In this document: positions 41,651 through 50,684 of the stretch, one piece after another
How positions within the stretch are numbered: the stretch's first letter is position 1
Layout: each line of letters opens with the position of its first letter
From: a virus
DNA: 64,000 bases
IMG/VR virus record: IMGVR_UViG_3300025655_000002
Location: 5,508-69,507 of that record
Strand: one strand, 5' to 3'
Notes under the pieces: model-generated
What the model was told of the DNA's origin: nothing
The model's input: the letters and a program-made list of their open reading frames with translations, nothing else
Databases searched by the model: none
Program-made: the position numbers and the translations under genes

Positions 41651-43819
41651 CTATAGTTTATAAGTCTTAAAAAGATTGTCTAGCGTTATATTTTTATACG
41701 CCTCATCCTTGTCTCTAATATTTCTTTTAATTGGTGCGTTTGGTAGAATTGATAACATTGCTGCTACAGTTCTATCGCTTGGAGTCCAATTGTTAGCATC
41801 AAACTTAAGCATATCTTCGAGTAGTGCGTTAAATGGGCATAGTCCGAACATATTCTCTATAATGTTTTCATCTGTAAACCCAAATTCATTTTTCTGTATT
41901 TCTGGAGAGATTTTACCAACGTATTTATAGGTGTGTCTAACTAGCGTGTTTATCATTTGATTTCTAACTAGCTCTCCAGCTGTTGAAACTCCATCGACTA
42001 ATTTAGCACTATCTGATTGAGTGTAATCTCCTTGTCTTGTTTGGTATATGTAATTTTTTAAACCACTTCTAATTGCATGATTATTTAATCCTGGTTTTTG
42101 GTTCTCTGACAAAAAAGGAAGGCTGTAGAATATTGAGGCCATTATTATGTCGTCATAAAAATCATCTGGATTCGGTCTTCTTCCAGCGTACTCTAAGACC
42201 CATCCATTACTCATCTTAATGTCGTTTACATTAAATCTTTTGTAAAGATATGCTGCAGCGTCAGACTTTTTATCTCCTGCTGTTTCTTTGTGGTCGAAAG
42301 GGTCAACACCGATTTGCCCTGTATGAGCAAATTTTGGCTTAGCTAATCCTCTTGAATCAAAATCATGTGCACACCTCAGTTCTGGCGGTGGCATCCATGC
42401 TACATTGAATAATCCTTCTGGGTTGTCATAAAATTCAACCTTCAATTTGCTTTTATCCTCCCACACAAAATCTCCTGTCCTTATTATGCTTGATGGTTGT
42501 AAATCGTTGTAGTCTTTCTGCTCGTATATCTTATAAGTAGGAAATACATCCCCTTTTCCAGATATTATAAATGCATCATCTATTGTTCTAGGGTATTTTC
42601 TTCTCCTTGATATTAATTTTTCTCCAGTTAAAGTTTTTTCGATTTTTATCAAATATGCTTCAGCTGCAACTATGTCTGAGTAACCGTATTTATCTATAAA
42701 TGTAGGAGTTTCATCTCCAGTCTTATCAGAACCTCTTAGTCCGTAATAAGCTGGTTTAAAATATCTTTTTAGTCCAGACTCTGTTTGTTTTGTTCTCTTA
42801 AAATATTCTGAAGATATGGTTGATTCGTCCCATAGCTTTTTACAGTTTATACCCCCTTTCTTCTCCATGTCCTCTACGGTGGTAGTTAAAAGTGCCTTTC
42901 CCGTTACATCTGCACCGTCAGCCAAACATTCTTTTACGATATACCATCTCTCATGCACATCCGCAACTCTTGTTGCTGTTTTACCTATCTCGTCATGAAA
43001 TATAAATGCCAATCCATCCCCATCGTAATATTCTTCTTTAGCATTTCCATAATTAATCTCGGAATCCAAAACTTCAGAATATATTTTTATTTGTGTTTTG
43101 GTGCTTCTTTTCTTAGGGTTTCTATACTCTAGTGCTTTCTTAGGGTCACTATCACCAGTATCAACAGGTTTGAAGTATTCTGGTAACAATCTCCATGACC
43201 TGACTAATTTTTTAAATACTTTTGCTCCATCGGTGTCTGTTTTCGATTGTATGCCACCAATAGAATCTGGAGACCTGGATATGAGTTCATTGTTGGTACA
43301 ATTAGCTCTTTCTGTCTTTCCGTCCCTCCTGTTGGTTATCTCAAGCATTCCGTAGCAATTAACATCAGCAACCACGTCAGACCATATATAGTAATGGTCT
43401 CTATCTGAATCTGTAAAGCTTGGAAGACCAGATACTTTTCTTGTTCCTATAGAGCCGTCAGGCCTCTTTACTTCTTCTACACGAATAATGTTCCATGCTG
43501 TTAAATAATAATAATGAAGTCCTGTTATATATTCTAAGTATCCATTATTAAAAAACCAATATCCATTTAGTCTTCTATGCCAATGAAGCTTTATGTGTTC
43601 TTTGTCTTCTTGGGTTAATTTGCCCAAAAGGAATCTCGAATTAACTTCTTTTATGTATTTTTTATCGAAAGGCCTAAACATCTGGTCTTCCTTCTTCAAG
43701 CCATAGCCGTCTATTTCTTTTTTTGGTGGAGGCTTGGGTAGTGTAAATTCAAATTCATCGATAATCCTATGTCTATCGAAATCCTCATAAGTATATCTTT
43801 GAGCTATTCCCTTACCCAT
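41651..43819 (-). CDS. terL: Terminase large subunit
   Basis: YITG.HY.Y, RRDGKT Walker A, FHDEIGK Walker B, GVDP.D RNase-H nuclease motif. Confidence 0.9.
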   Translation of the reverse strand: MGKGIAQRYTYEDFDRHRIIDEFEFTLPKPPPKKEIDGYGLKKEDQMFRPFDKKYIKEVNSRFLLGKLTQEDKEHIKLHWHRRLNGYWFFNNGYLEYITGLHYYYLTAWNIIRVEEVKRPDGSIGTRKVSGLPSFTDSDRDHYYIWSDVVADVNCYGMLEITNRRDGKTERANCTNNELISRSPDSIGGIQSKTDTDGAKVFKKLVRSWRLLPEYFKPVDTGDSDPKKALEYRNPKKRSTKTQIKIYSEVLDSEINYGNAKEEYYDGDGLAFIFHDEIGKTATRVADVHERWYIVKECLADGADVTGKALLTTTVEDMEKKGGINCKKLWDESTISSEYFKRTKQTESGLKRYFKPAYYGLRGSDKTGDETPTFIDKYGYSDIVAAEAYLIKIEKTLTGEKLISRRRKYPRTIDDAFIISGKGDVFPTYKIYEQKDYNDLQPSSIIRTGDFVWEDKSKLKVEFYDNPEGLFNVAWMPPPELRCAHDFDSRGLAKPKFAHTGQIGVDPFDHKETAGDKKSDAAAYLYKRFNVNDIKMSNGWVLEYAGRRPNPDDFYDDIIMASIFYSLPFLSENQKPGLNNHAIRSGLKNYIYQTRQGDYTQSDSAKLVDGVSTAGELVRNQMINTLVRHTYKYVGKISPEIQKNEFGFTDENIIENMFGLCPFNALLEDMLKFDANNWTPSDRTVAAMLSILPNAPIKRNIRDKDEAYKNITLDNLFKTYKL

Positions 43820-44216
43820 TGTTATAGTTAATAAAACTTTCTACAGACATGTCTCCTTTAAGCATCTCTTGTTCTTCTATAATCTCTTCTTCAGTTATAT
43901 TTTTTTCTAATATCTCTGCTTGCTTTGTGTATTCTGGTAGTTTGTCTATGAATTTCTGAACTCTTTCAAATGCTTTTTCATCCTTATCAGTCAATGCCGA
44001 TTGGCTGATTATGTCTACATGGATTTTAGTTCCAGGTTCATTTGGATTATCTATCTCTATGCCATTAAGGACGAGCTTTGTTGTGTCGTCAATAATCTTT
44101 TTATAAGTAAGATAACTCTTAACTCTTAGTTTTTTGGGGGAGAATTTACTGATTTTATCTTCAAGGTATTCTATATATTTACCCTGTTCTCCAGACAGCT
44201 TAGTTGGTCTTTCCAT
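43812..44216 (-). CDS. Probable terminase small subunit
   Basis: 134 aa helical protein overlapping the terL start. Confidence 0.45.
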   Translation of the reverse strand: MERPTKLSGEQGKYIEYLEDKISKFSPKKLRVKSYLTYKKIIDDTTKLVLNGIEIDNPNEPGTKIHVDIISQSALTDKDEKAFERVQKFIDKLPEYTKQAEILEKNITEEEIIEEQEMLKGDMSVESFINYNNG

Positions 44217-44249
44217 TTAAATTTAATTTAATTCTAAAAACAAAGGTAA

Positions 44250-44277
44250 TAAAAAACCCTGAAATTAATCAGGGTTT
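44250..44277 (-). terminator. Intrinsic terminator
   Basis: aaaccctga...tcagggttt stem plus U-tract. Confidence 0.7.
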
Positions 44278-44302
44278 AAAACTTAAAAAATAAAATATGA
44301 AA

Positions 44303-45448
44303 TTAATCTAATAATGACCATTGAATCCACACCTCTCCAGCTATGTCTCCAGTCAAGTCTGCACCCGCTGTGTCTGCCCAAGTAGCGGCAGCATTAAAGT
44401 AAAGAGTGTGAGCTGCTGCAGCCTCAACTACTAATGCAGCTGCTGCTGTTTTTAATGTAGCTGTTCCAGCACAATCTGCGGCTGTTTGACCAGTTAAATA
44501 GTCTTCAAAAGTAGCCGTACCACTTAAAACAGAAACCGCTCCTGTTGCTTCAACAGAACCTAATCCTACGTCTGGAGTAGCTGTTGTATCTTCAGCTAAA
44601 GTGATTGCCATATCCATCTTGATAGATGTTACAGAGTATGCTCCAGCAGGGAATGTGTATAATAGGTATCCATCTCCTAAAGCAGCATTATCAGCAACTG
44701 TTAAAGCGTCTGCCTGACTTACAACAAGTTTTGTAGTGAAGTTTTTACCATCACCAGTATAGTGAGTTGCTGTAACACCAGTGTTAGCTGTTCCTGGAGA
44801 ATAAGTAGAAGCAACTTGATTAGCTTCAGCTAAATTAACCCAAGCGTAGCCTGTAGCAGTAGCATTTGCTGTTGGTGTTTGAGAAACTGTTACTTTGGTA
44901 TTTGTTCCATCAAAAGTAGCAGAAACAACTGTGTAAATATTGTCATTTGAATCGTCTTCACCGAAAACAGTGAAAACAGAACCTGCTGCAAAATTAGCAG
45001 CAACATCTCCAACTGTAGAGTCAAGAACAACAACGTTTGGAGAAGCTGTAAATGAATCAAGTAAGTAAGCTAAATCACCTTCTTTAGTGATTGCTGCAAC
45101 CTTAACAGCCATAGCTGTTTCAGATACTTTAATTCTTTCGTTAGAAGCTCCAGCTGAATCAAAATAAATGATAGCTTTAGAGCTTAACTCTCCAACACTG
45201 TTTATTCTGTTTTTGTTAATCCAAACTGTATCTCCGCTGTTATCTTCTGTTAAAGAAATTAACAAGTTAGATTGTGTTCCAACGTTAGTTAATGATTCTT
45301 TAACTTTTGCTGTTTTTCTGTATCCATCTTCATTTGATAAATACTCTACATTAGTCAAAGAGTTTGACGTGTAGGCTTTTAAAAGTAAGCTATCTTCGAT
45401 AGATATCGGATTGCTTGTTAAGTTGTCAGTTAAAAATATTTTAGCCAT
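44303..45448 (-). CDS. Probable virion structural protein
   Basis: 381 aa, Ala/Thr-rich; flanked by its own promoter and terminator. Confidence 0.55.
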   Translation of the reverse strand: MAKIFLTDNLTSNPISIEDSLLLKAYTSNSLTNVEYLSNEDGYRKTAKVKESLTNVGTQSNLLISLTEDNSGDTVWINKNRINSVGELSSKAIIYFDSAGASNERIKVSETAMAVKVAAITKEGDLAYLLDSFTASPNVVVLDSTVGDVAANFAAGSVFTVFGEDDSNDNIYTVVSATFDGTNTKVTVSQTPTANATATGYAWVNLAEANQVASTYSPGTANTGVTATHYTGDGKNFTTKLVVSQADALTVADNAALGDGYLLYTFPAGAYSVTSIKMDMAITLAEDTTATPDVGLGSVEATGAVSVLSGTATFEDYLTGQTAADCAGTATLKTAAAALVVEAAAAHTLYFNAAATWADTAGADLTGDIAGEVWIQWSLLD

Positions 45449-45505
45449 TTTAAAATTAGTTTTGTATAATTATACCACAAAGATACATTTTTTTTTAGTA
45501 TGCAA

Positions 45506-45784
45506 CTATTTTTTACCTCTATTTCTAGCTCTGTTTTTTGATAGCCCTTCTAAAACCATGCCTCCTGACTTTGTGTGAGACGCATCCTTACCATCGCCTA
45601 CTTTGGAGTTTGGGTTGTTTGAGTTGAACCTATTTAGACTAGACCTGTAGATTCTTCTTGATTTTGAACTATGGTATTCTTTGTTATATGAATTTTTCTT
45701 AGCTCTAGCCTCTGGATTGTTTTGATAATACAATGCCGACTTGCTATTTCCGTTGGTTGTCCCTGCTAATTTGTTTCGTGCCAT
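45506..45784 (-). CDS. Small basic HNH-like protein
   Basis: GDGKDASH...NRARN motif. Confidence 0.5.
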   Translation of the reverse strand: MARNKLAGTTNGNSKSALYYQNNPEARAKKNSYNKEYHSSKSRRIYRSSLNRFNSNNPNSKVGDGKDASHTKSGGMVLEGLSKNRARNRGKK

Positions 45785-45801
45785 TTTGTAAAATTACGAA
45801 A

Positions 45802-46866
45802 TTATAGCACAACATAAACATTTTTGATATCCATTAGCATGCATTCTTTTTCTTCTATATCAACATGTGTTGCTGTGCCCTTTCTGAATAATATTTCATC
45901 GCCTTCCTTCAAAGAGGATATGCCTTCAGGTACTGATATGACCTTACCTTTCTCTGGGTATGCTTCTTCTTTTGTTGAAACGACTATCTGACCATGTGTC
46001 ATAGCTTTTCTTATTGGTTCGACAACAATTGTAGTTCCTAATGCTTTCATTTTATCTAAATTATAAATTATATCTTTTGTGTTTATTCTGTAATAAGTGT
46101 GAATACCTATTGTTATTTCGTATTCTCTTCCAGTTTTAAATAAAACCTTGTCACCAGGATAAAGTCCTGACTTCCTGTTTGGGTGTTGAACTATCGCTGT
46201 TCTAGCTTCCTTTTTGGCCATCACCTCTAACATTATTCCGTTGTCAGTTTTCGCTATATCTTTATCTATAGCTGTAACAAGGTTCCATTCATTAAGCATC
46301 TCTATTTCATTGTCAGAAATCTTACAATAAAGGTCTTCGTACTTTATCTCATAATAGGTTTTATCACCAATGACTCTCTCGTTATCCTCATGTGTTAAAA
46401 AATGATGAGTATAAACAACGTCTCCAGGCTTAACTTCAACATCTATCTCATTACCGTAATAACTATTAAAGGCTTTAAAACAGGCGGAATACACAACGCC
46501 ATCTTGAGTTATGTTGTCTTTATCCATCGGGTTATACCTAGTGTCTATATGTATTCCGTTCCTTACTGATTTCTTATCTTTATCAGCATTAACATAGACC
46601 ATGCTTGCTGACGGATGTATAACCCCATCTCTTATAACTCCTCTTATTTCTTCCTCGTATATGTAATACGAATCATCACTAAAGTTTGGAGCTTTATCAA
46701 AAAAGGAATTGTCAGCCATAAAAACCTCATCTCCTTTCACATACACAGAGTTCGGACTAGACTCTATAATTATAGCTCTTTGATATTCGTATATGGAGCC
46801 GATGTCCATTGAAAGTTCTGATGGCTCTGCTCTTTTAGCTATACAGTAACCCTCTTGAACTGTCAT
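45802..46866 (-). CDS. groES: Multi-domain co-chaperonin (3-4 tandem GroES-like domains)
   Basis: Repeated G.V....(V/L)K.GD.V.(F/Y) motifs; last domain MKALG..IVVEP...GKVISV...LKEGDEILF. Confidence 0.7.
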   Translation of the reverse strand: MTVQEGYCIAKRAEPSELSMDIGSIYEYQRAIIIESSPNSVYVKGDEVFMADNSFFDKAPNFSDDSYYIYEEEIRGVIRDGVIHPSASMVYVNADKDKKSVRNGIHIDTRYNPMDKDNITQDGVVYSACFKAFNSYYGNEIDVEVKPGDVVYTHHFLTHEDNERVIGDKTYYEIKYEDLYCKISDNEIEMLNEWNLVTAIDKDIAKTDNGIMLEVMAKKEARTAIVQHPNRKSGLYPGDKVLFKTGREYEITIGIHTYYRINTKDIIYNLDKMKALGTTIVVEPIRKAMTHGQIVVSTKEEAYPEKGKVISVPEGISSLKEGDEILFRKGTATHVDIEEKECMLMDIKNVYVVL

Positions 46867-47138
46867 ACCTGGAATGTTATATATACTGGAAGACCTATAA
46901 AGACTTTTGTGACAGCGTGATTCTCGTTGTTCATGTCTGTAGTTATAACTTGATAAACAATCTCTCCGTCTATTTTCTCTCTAACGATGTCGGACACTAT
47001 TCTTTTAACTTCATCTCCATTAAAGCCGAATGGTCTAATCTTTAACACTTGCCCTAACCTGAATGAGAAGCCTTCTCTTATTCCGTCTACTTTAATTTCG
47101 TGGATTGTTTCTTCCCAGAGTAATTTTTTATCTATCAT
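46863..47138 (-). CDS. Hypothetical protein
   Basis: ORF coupled to the groES-like gene. Confidence 0.55.
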   Translation of the reverse strand: MIDKKLLWEETIHEIKVDGIREGFSFRLGQVLKIRPFGFNGDEVKRIVSDIVREKIDGEIVYQVITTDMNNENHAVTKVFIGLPVYITFQV

Positions 47139-47180
47139 GCGATTTAATTTTATTCAACATGACAAATATAGTTATTTTTT

Positions 47181-47675
47181 TTACATTAGATTGAAAACAT
47201 GTATTTTGTTTCCTTTTTTAATAATGACCTCGCTTGTTAGATTGTTGAAAGAGCCCTTCCATAATGTGTCGGATTCTCTTAGGTATAGAGTTTCGTTTTT
47301 GTTTACCTCGTAAGTTCCAACAAACATTCCTGCCCCGTCCTTTCCTCCTCTATCTTGATATCTTTTTATTTGCCCTTTCTTTTTCTCATAAGCATAATTG
47401 AAGTCAACAAAATTACATGAGAACGATATGTTTTTATTTGTCACGCTTAACTCCCAGTTGTAAACCCAGTAAACATAAACCGTATCATTGTATTTTGACT
47501 GATAGGCTATTATTAATTTATCTTCACCAGGAGTGGATTGCTCTCTAAAAAACTCTACGCCACCCTCGTCTTGTTGAGGATAATAGTCTCTTTCTTGGAT
47601 TTTAGCTACAATGTTTTGTGATGATACTGTGTTTAGTAAAAAAACACTCAATGATAATAATGCAATCTTTTTCAT
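47181..47675 (-). CDS. Exported protein with signal peptide
   Basis: MKKIALLSLSVFLLNTVSSQ signal peptide. Confidence 0.6.
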   Translation of the reverse strand: MKKIALLSLSVFLLNTVSSQNIVAKIQERDYYPQQDEGGVEFFREQSTPGEDKLIIAYQSKYNDTVYVYWVYNWELSVTNKNISFSCNFVDFNYAYEKKKGQIKRYQDRGGKDGAGMFVGTYEVNKNETLYLRESDTLWKGSFNNLTSEVIIKKGNKIHVFNLM

Positions 47676-47800
47676 AATATTCTTTTTTTATTTAGTGAAA
47701 CGCATGTGTTTTAAAAAGGTTACAGTTTTTTTAAAAAAATAACCCCCAGAGAAAAGAATAAAGAAAAAAACTCCGAGGGTTATAGTATTGTTGTGGCTTA

Positions 47801-48121
47801 TTAAAGCCCGTATTTCTGTCCTTTTCTAGCGTTAGAAATTATCTTAGATTTTCTATCTTTAGAAATATACTCTTTATTAGCTTCGAGACCTTTTATTTGT
47901 AATTTCGCTAATTTTTCTCTTCTATCTGCAGGATTTCCGCTACCTTTAGCTTTCTCTTCTTGGTATTTTTTAGCCGCAGCTTTTACAGCTTCTGGAGAAT
48001 CATAGGCCTTACCCATATACATGTACTCAGTCTTGGTTCCAATACCTTTAGCTTTGTTCTCTTTAACTTTGGCAGCCGCAGAGTTATTGTTCATTGATGA
48101 TTTATAAAGTTTTGATGGCAT
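47801..48121 (-). CDS. Basic hypothetical protein
   Basis: K/A-rich ORF with TATCTTTG promoter at 48145-48152. Confidence 0.6.
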   Translation of the reverse strand: MPSKLYKSSMNNNSAAAKVKENKAKGIGTKTEYMYMGKAYDSPEAVKAAAKKYQEEKAKGSGNPADRREKLAKLQIKGLEANKEYISKDRKSKIISNARKGQKYGL

Positions 48122-48192
48122 CTTTTAAAATTTAAATTACATAGCAAAGATACAAAAAAAATAATTCACTGCAAGTTAGTGTGAATTTTAAT

Positions 48193-48414
48193 TTAAATAT
48201 TCTTATCTATTAACACAAATTTTTTCCCAAGGACTTCAGCTATTCTTTCTAGAGAGTCTATAGACATGCTTTTATTCTCGTCTTTTATCCATCTAAGTAG
48301 AGATGTATACCCAACACCTGATTCTTTAGCCACTTCTTTATAGGTCATTTTCAATTCACCTTTAAGTTTTTTCTTCAGGTTTAATTCCCCTATTATTTGT
48401 TTTTTTATGCTCAT
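48193..48414 (-). CDS. XRE-family HTH regulator
   Basis: MTYKEVAKESGVGYTSLLRW...SLERIAEVLG. Confidence 0.8.
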   Translation of the reverse strand: MSIKKQIIGELNLKKKLKGELKMTYKEVAKESGVGYTSLLRWIKDENKSMSIDSLERIAEVLGKKFVLIDKNI

Positions 48415-48588
48415 TGCTTTAAATATGATTGTTCGGTACTGTGTTGTGAGTTTCTAATGTTTGTTTTTCCATTTCAATTAGTTGCATAATTCATAAGTAT
48501 TAATAAAGCTATATAATAAGCTAAAGTAGTTCCTGTTATTATTGCTAATATTATTGTTATTTTAGTTGGGGGTTTCATTTATTTGTTT

Positions 48589-48882
48589 CTATTTATCTTG
48601 TTTTTTTACTACATTATATTTCTGAACAACAAGAACAGTATAATCTCCAACCCTCCAATTATCAGAGGACTCTAAAGGTATTTCTACTTTTGTTGTTTGT
48701 TTTGCTGTTTGAATATATAGAACTGTTGGTCTATATGGTACACCATACATAGATTTATTTCCAACATCTATCGCTGATATAACACCTTCTACAACACTTA
48801 CATTTTCTAAATTCTTATCACAAGATGATGAAGAACATCCTGCAATAAATATTAAAATTATTAATACTATTAAATTTTTCAT
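48589..48882 (-). CDS. Putative lipoprotein
   Basis: Hydrophobic signal ending in lipobox IAG-C. Confidence 0.6.
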   Translation of the reverse strand: MKNLIVLIILIFIAGCSSSSCDKNLENVSVVEGVISAIDVGNKSMYGVPYRPTVLYIQTAKQTTKVEIPLESSDNWRVGDYTVLVVQKYNVVKKQDK

Positions 48883-48914
48883 AACTTCTTTTATTTATTT
48901 GTTTTGTATTATCT

Positions 48915-49226
48915 CTATTGTTTAATCTGTTTGTAATCTAAATAATCTTCTAATATCTCACTTAATTCACTTTTTCTAATATTGTGTTCGTTGCTATCTG
49001 ATAACCATTCAAGTAAATCTAAAAGTAATTTCTCCTCTCTTTGCTCTAATTGTTGTTTTAGTTCTTCTATTTGCTTTGCTTGATGTAGCCAAGCATCAAA
49101 ACCGCACATCCTTTCTAATGTAGTCCAATTATCACTATCTTTAACTTGACTGTTAAACCATTCTGTGTATTGTTTCTTTATCTCTTCTATTTCCATAATC
49201 TTATTTTTTATTTTTAATAATATCAC
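48915..49226 (-). CDS. Hypothetical protein (true start possibly MEIEE at 49196)
   Basis: ORF with coiled coil. Confidence 0.5.
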   Translation of the reverse strand: MILLKIKNKIMEIEEIKKQYTEWFNSQVKDSDNWTTLERMCGFDAWLHQAKQIEELKQQLEQREEKLLLDLLEWLSDSNEHNIRKSELSEILEDYLDYKQIKQ

Positions 49227-49249
49227 ATTAAAACGGTTTTTATGCCGAT

Positions 49250-49406
49250 GTTAGCAACAATACTAATAATCGCTAAATCCACCAATCGGCTTACTGTCAA
49301 ATCCTGTTTTATCATCTTCATCTTTCCAATGTTGATGTAAATTAAATTCGTAATCATCTACTTTTGATGTCTGTTCAAATATTTGGTTGCAAGTACTGTT
49401 GCTAAC
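49250..49406 (-). mobile_element. Cassette-like unit bounded by GTTAGC...GCTAAC inverted repeats
   Basis: gttagcaacagtact / agtattgttgctaac (14/15) on the minus strand. Confidence 0.6.
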
Positions 49407-49499
49407 ACCCAATAAACCCAATAAAATAGTTCGTGCTTTCGTTTCAGTAATTGTGCCTTGTTTAAGGTCTTCTGCTATTTTGATAATTTTGTCTTTCAT
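49263..49499 (-). CDS. Chimeric small protein: hairpin-encoded N-terminus plus cassette-encoded C-terminus
   Basis: First 33 aa paralogous to ORF 59212-59451; similarity stops at GVS (GGT GTT AGC). Confidence 0.65.
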   Translation of the reverse strand: MKDKIIKIAEDLKQGTITETKARTILLGLLGVSNSTCNQIFEQTSKVDDYEFNLHQHWKDEDDKTGFDSKPIGGFSDY

Positions 49500-49530
49500 A
49501 ATCTTTTACTGCGTTTATTTGTAGCCGTTA
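49401..49530 (-). repeat. attC-like hairpin element containing ATG and a constant N-terminal coding segment (copy 1)
   Basis: TAAC...aataaacgcagtaaaa...ttttattgggtttatt-gggt-GTTAGC; homologous to 59180-59310. Confidence 0.7.
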
Positions 49531-49860
49531 ATTTTGTATTAAAAATCACATATATACCTCTCGGCTCGATTAATAATATCACAAATGTACCACTTTTAGT
49601 TTGATTAATGCAAGCTTTTTTGTAATTATTTTATAGCTTCGTCATGCATTAAGTGTGTAACCCTTGTGTTTTAAAGGGTTTTTAATCAGAAAAAAATTTC
49701 AAAAATTTTTGGGAGTGGGGTTATGGTGGGTGTGTCGGGGGTGCAATCTCGAAGGGAAAACGGTTCTCAACATACCAGTGGGGTAAATTCTTGCAAGCCT
49801 AATATTTTCAAGCGTTTTGTCTATGTTCTATTTATGATACAAAATGAAACTAACTATCTT

Positions 49861-50460
49861 TAAATCACTGGTTATCAGCTCGTTAATGTATTGATTGATA
49901 ACAAATATAGTTGAAATTTGCCAAAAGAAAAGCTATTTTGCATAGTTGGAGCGTTTAACGTTTGTGTTGCGTGTAGTTTTTATATAAAATATGCGCTTAT
50001 TTGTTTGTGGTAGCCTTTCTCCCGATATTTCTATGCTCTTTACCTATTGTTTACCCTTGTTGTATTCCTGCTTTGTTCTTTTGTGTTGGTTGTTATGTTA
50101 GTATGTTATTGTTTATTGTTTCTCTTATGGTATTTAGTCTTTTGCCTATATCATACAATGCCGAACAGCCGAATATATTTACACGTATTTTTACACCTAA
50201 AATAAGCTAGTTAAAACCTCTATTTTTTGCTCGATTACCAATAAAAATCACTTTTACAGCGATGAACATAAAAATTATTCTCATTGATACTCAGATAGTT
50301 ACATAGTTTTATCGAATTTTTTTACATTTTTTTTATTTTTTCTGCTTCGTAAATAGAACATAGACCACTTAAATAACTAATAGTCAGCACGTTATCCTCG
50401 CCAAATCAAAGCAAAATGAATCGATGCAAAATCGTTAAGTCACTGAGTATCAGCACATTT
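49861..50460. promoter_or_regulatory. Four ~25 bp imperfect palindromes (operator/iteron-like)
   Basis: Copies at 49861-49885, 50278-50302, 50370-50394 and 50436-50460; consensus TAA.T.ACTG....TCAGC.CGTTA. Confidence 0.5.
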
Positions 50461-50486
50461 GTTTTATTTTGTTTGTTGTATCTTTG
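50458..50486 (+). promoter_or_regulatory. Sigma-A promoter of the early operon
   Basis: TTTG (50458-50461) and TATCTTTG (50479-50486). Confidence 0.6.
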
Positions 50487-50502
50487 AATTGTCGAAAGGT
50501 TA

Positions 50503-50674
50503 AAACGTTCTTTACATACTGATAAACTAATAACACATAGAGTAACATATAGCACCTCTTACTTGTTATAGTTCTTAAGATAGACAACATTAGAAGTAAT
50601 GGTAAAACAGGCACACTAAGATAGTATTAGAATACAATACCGAACTGACAAATTTAAACGTTCATTGACATACT
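50503..50674 (+). promoter_or_regulatory. Two boxA-like antitermination elements
   Basis: aaacgttctttacatact (50503-50520) and aaacgttcattgacatact (50656-50674). Confidence 0.45.
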
Positions 50675-50684
50675 AGAGTAATTA

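Noticed and set aside
1420-47313. Numerous short ORFs antisense to long genes (e.g. 6841-7164, 13354-13707, 39861-40259, 46987-47313)
   Set aside because: Shadow ORFs with S/L/F/I-rich composition, fully overlapping well-supported genes
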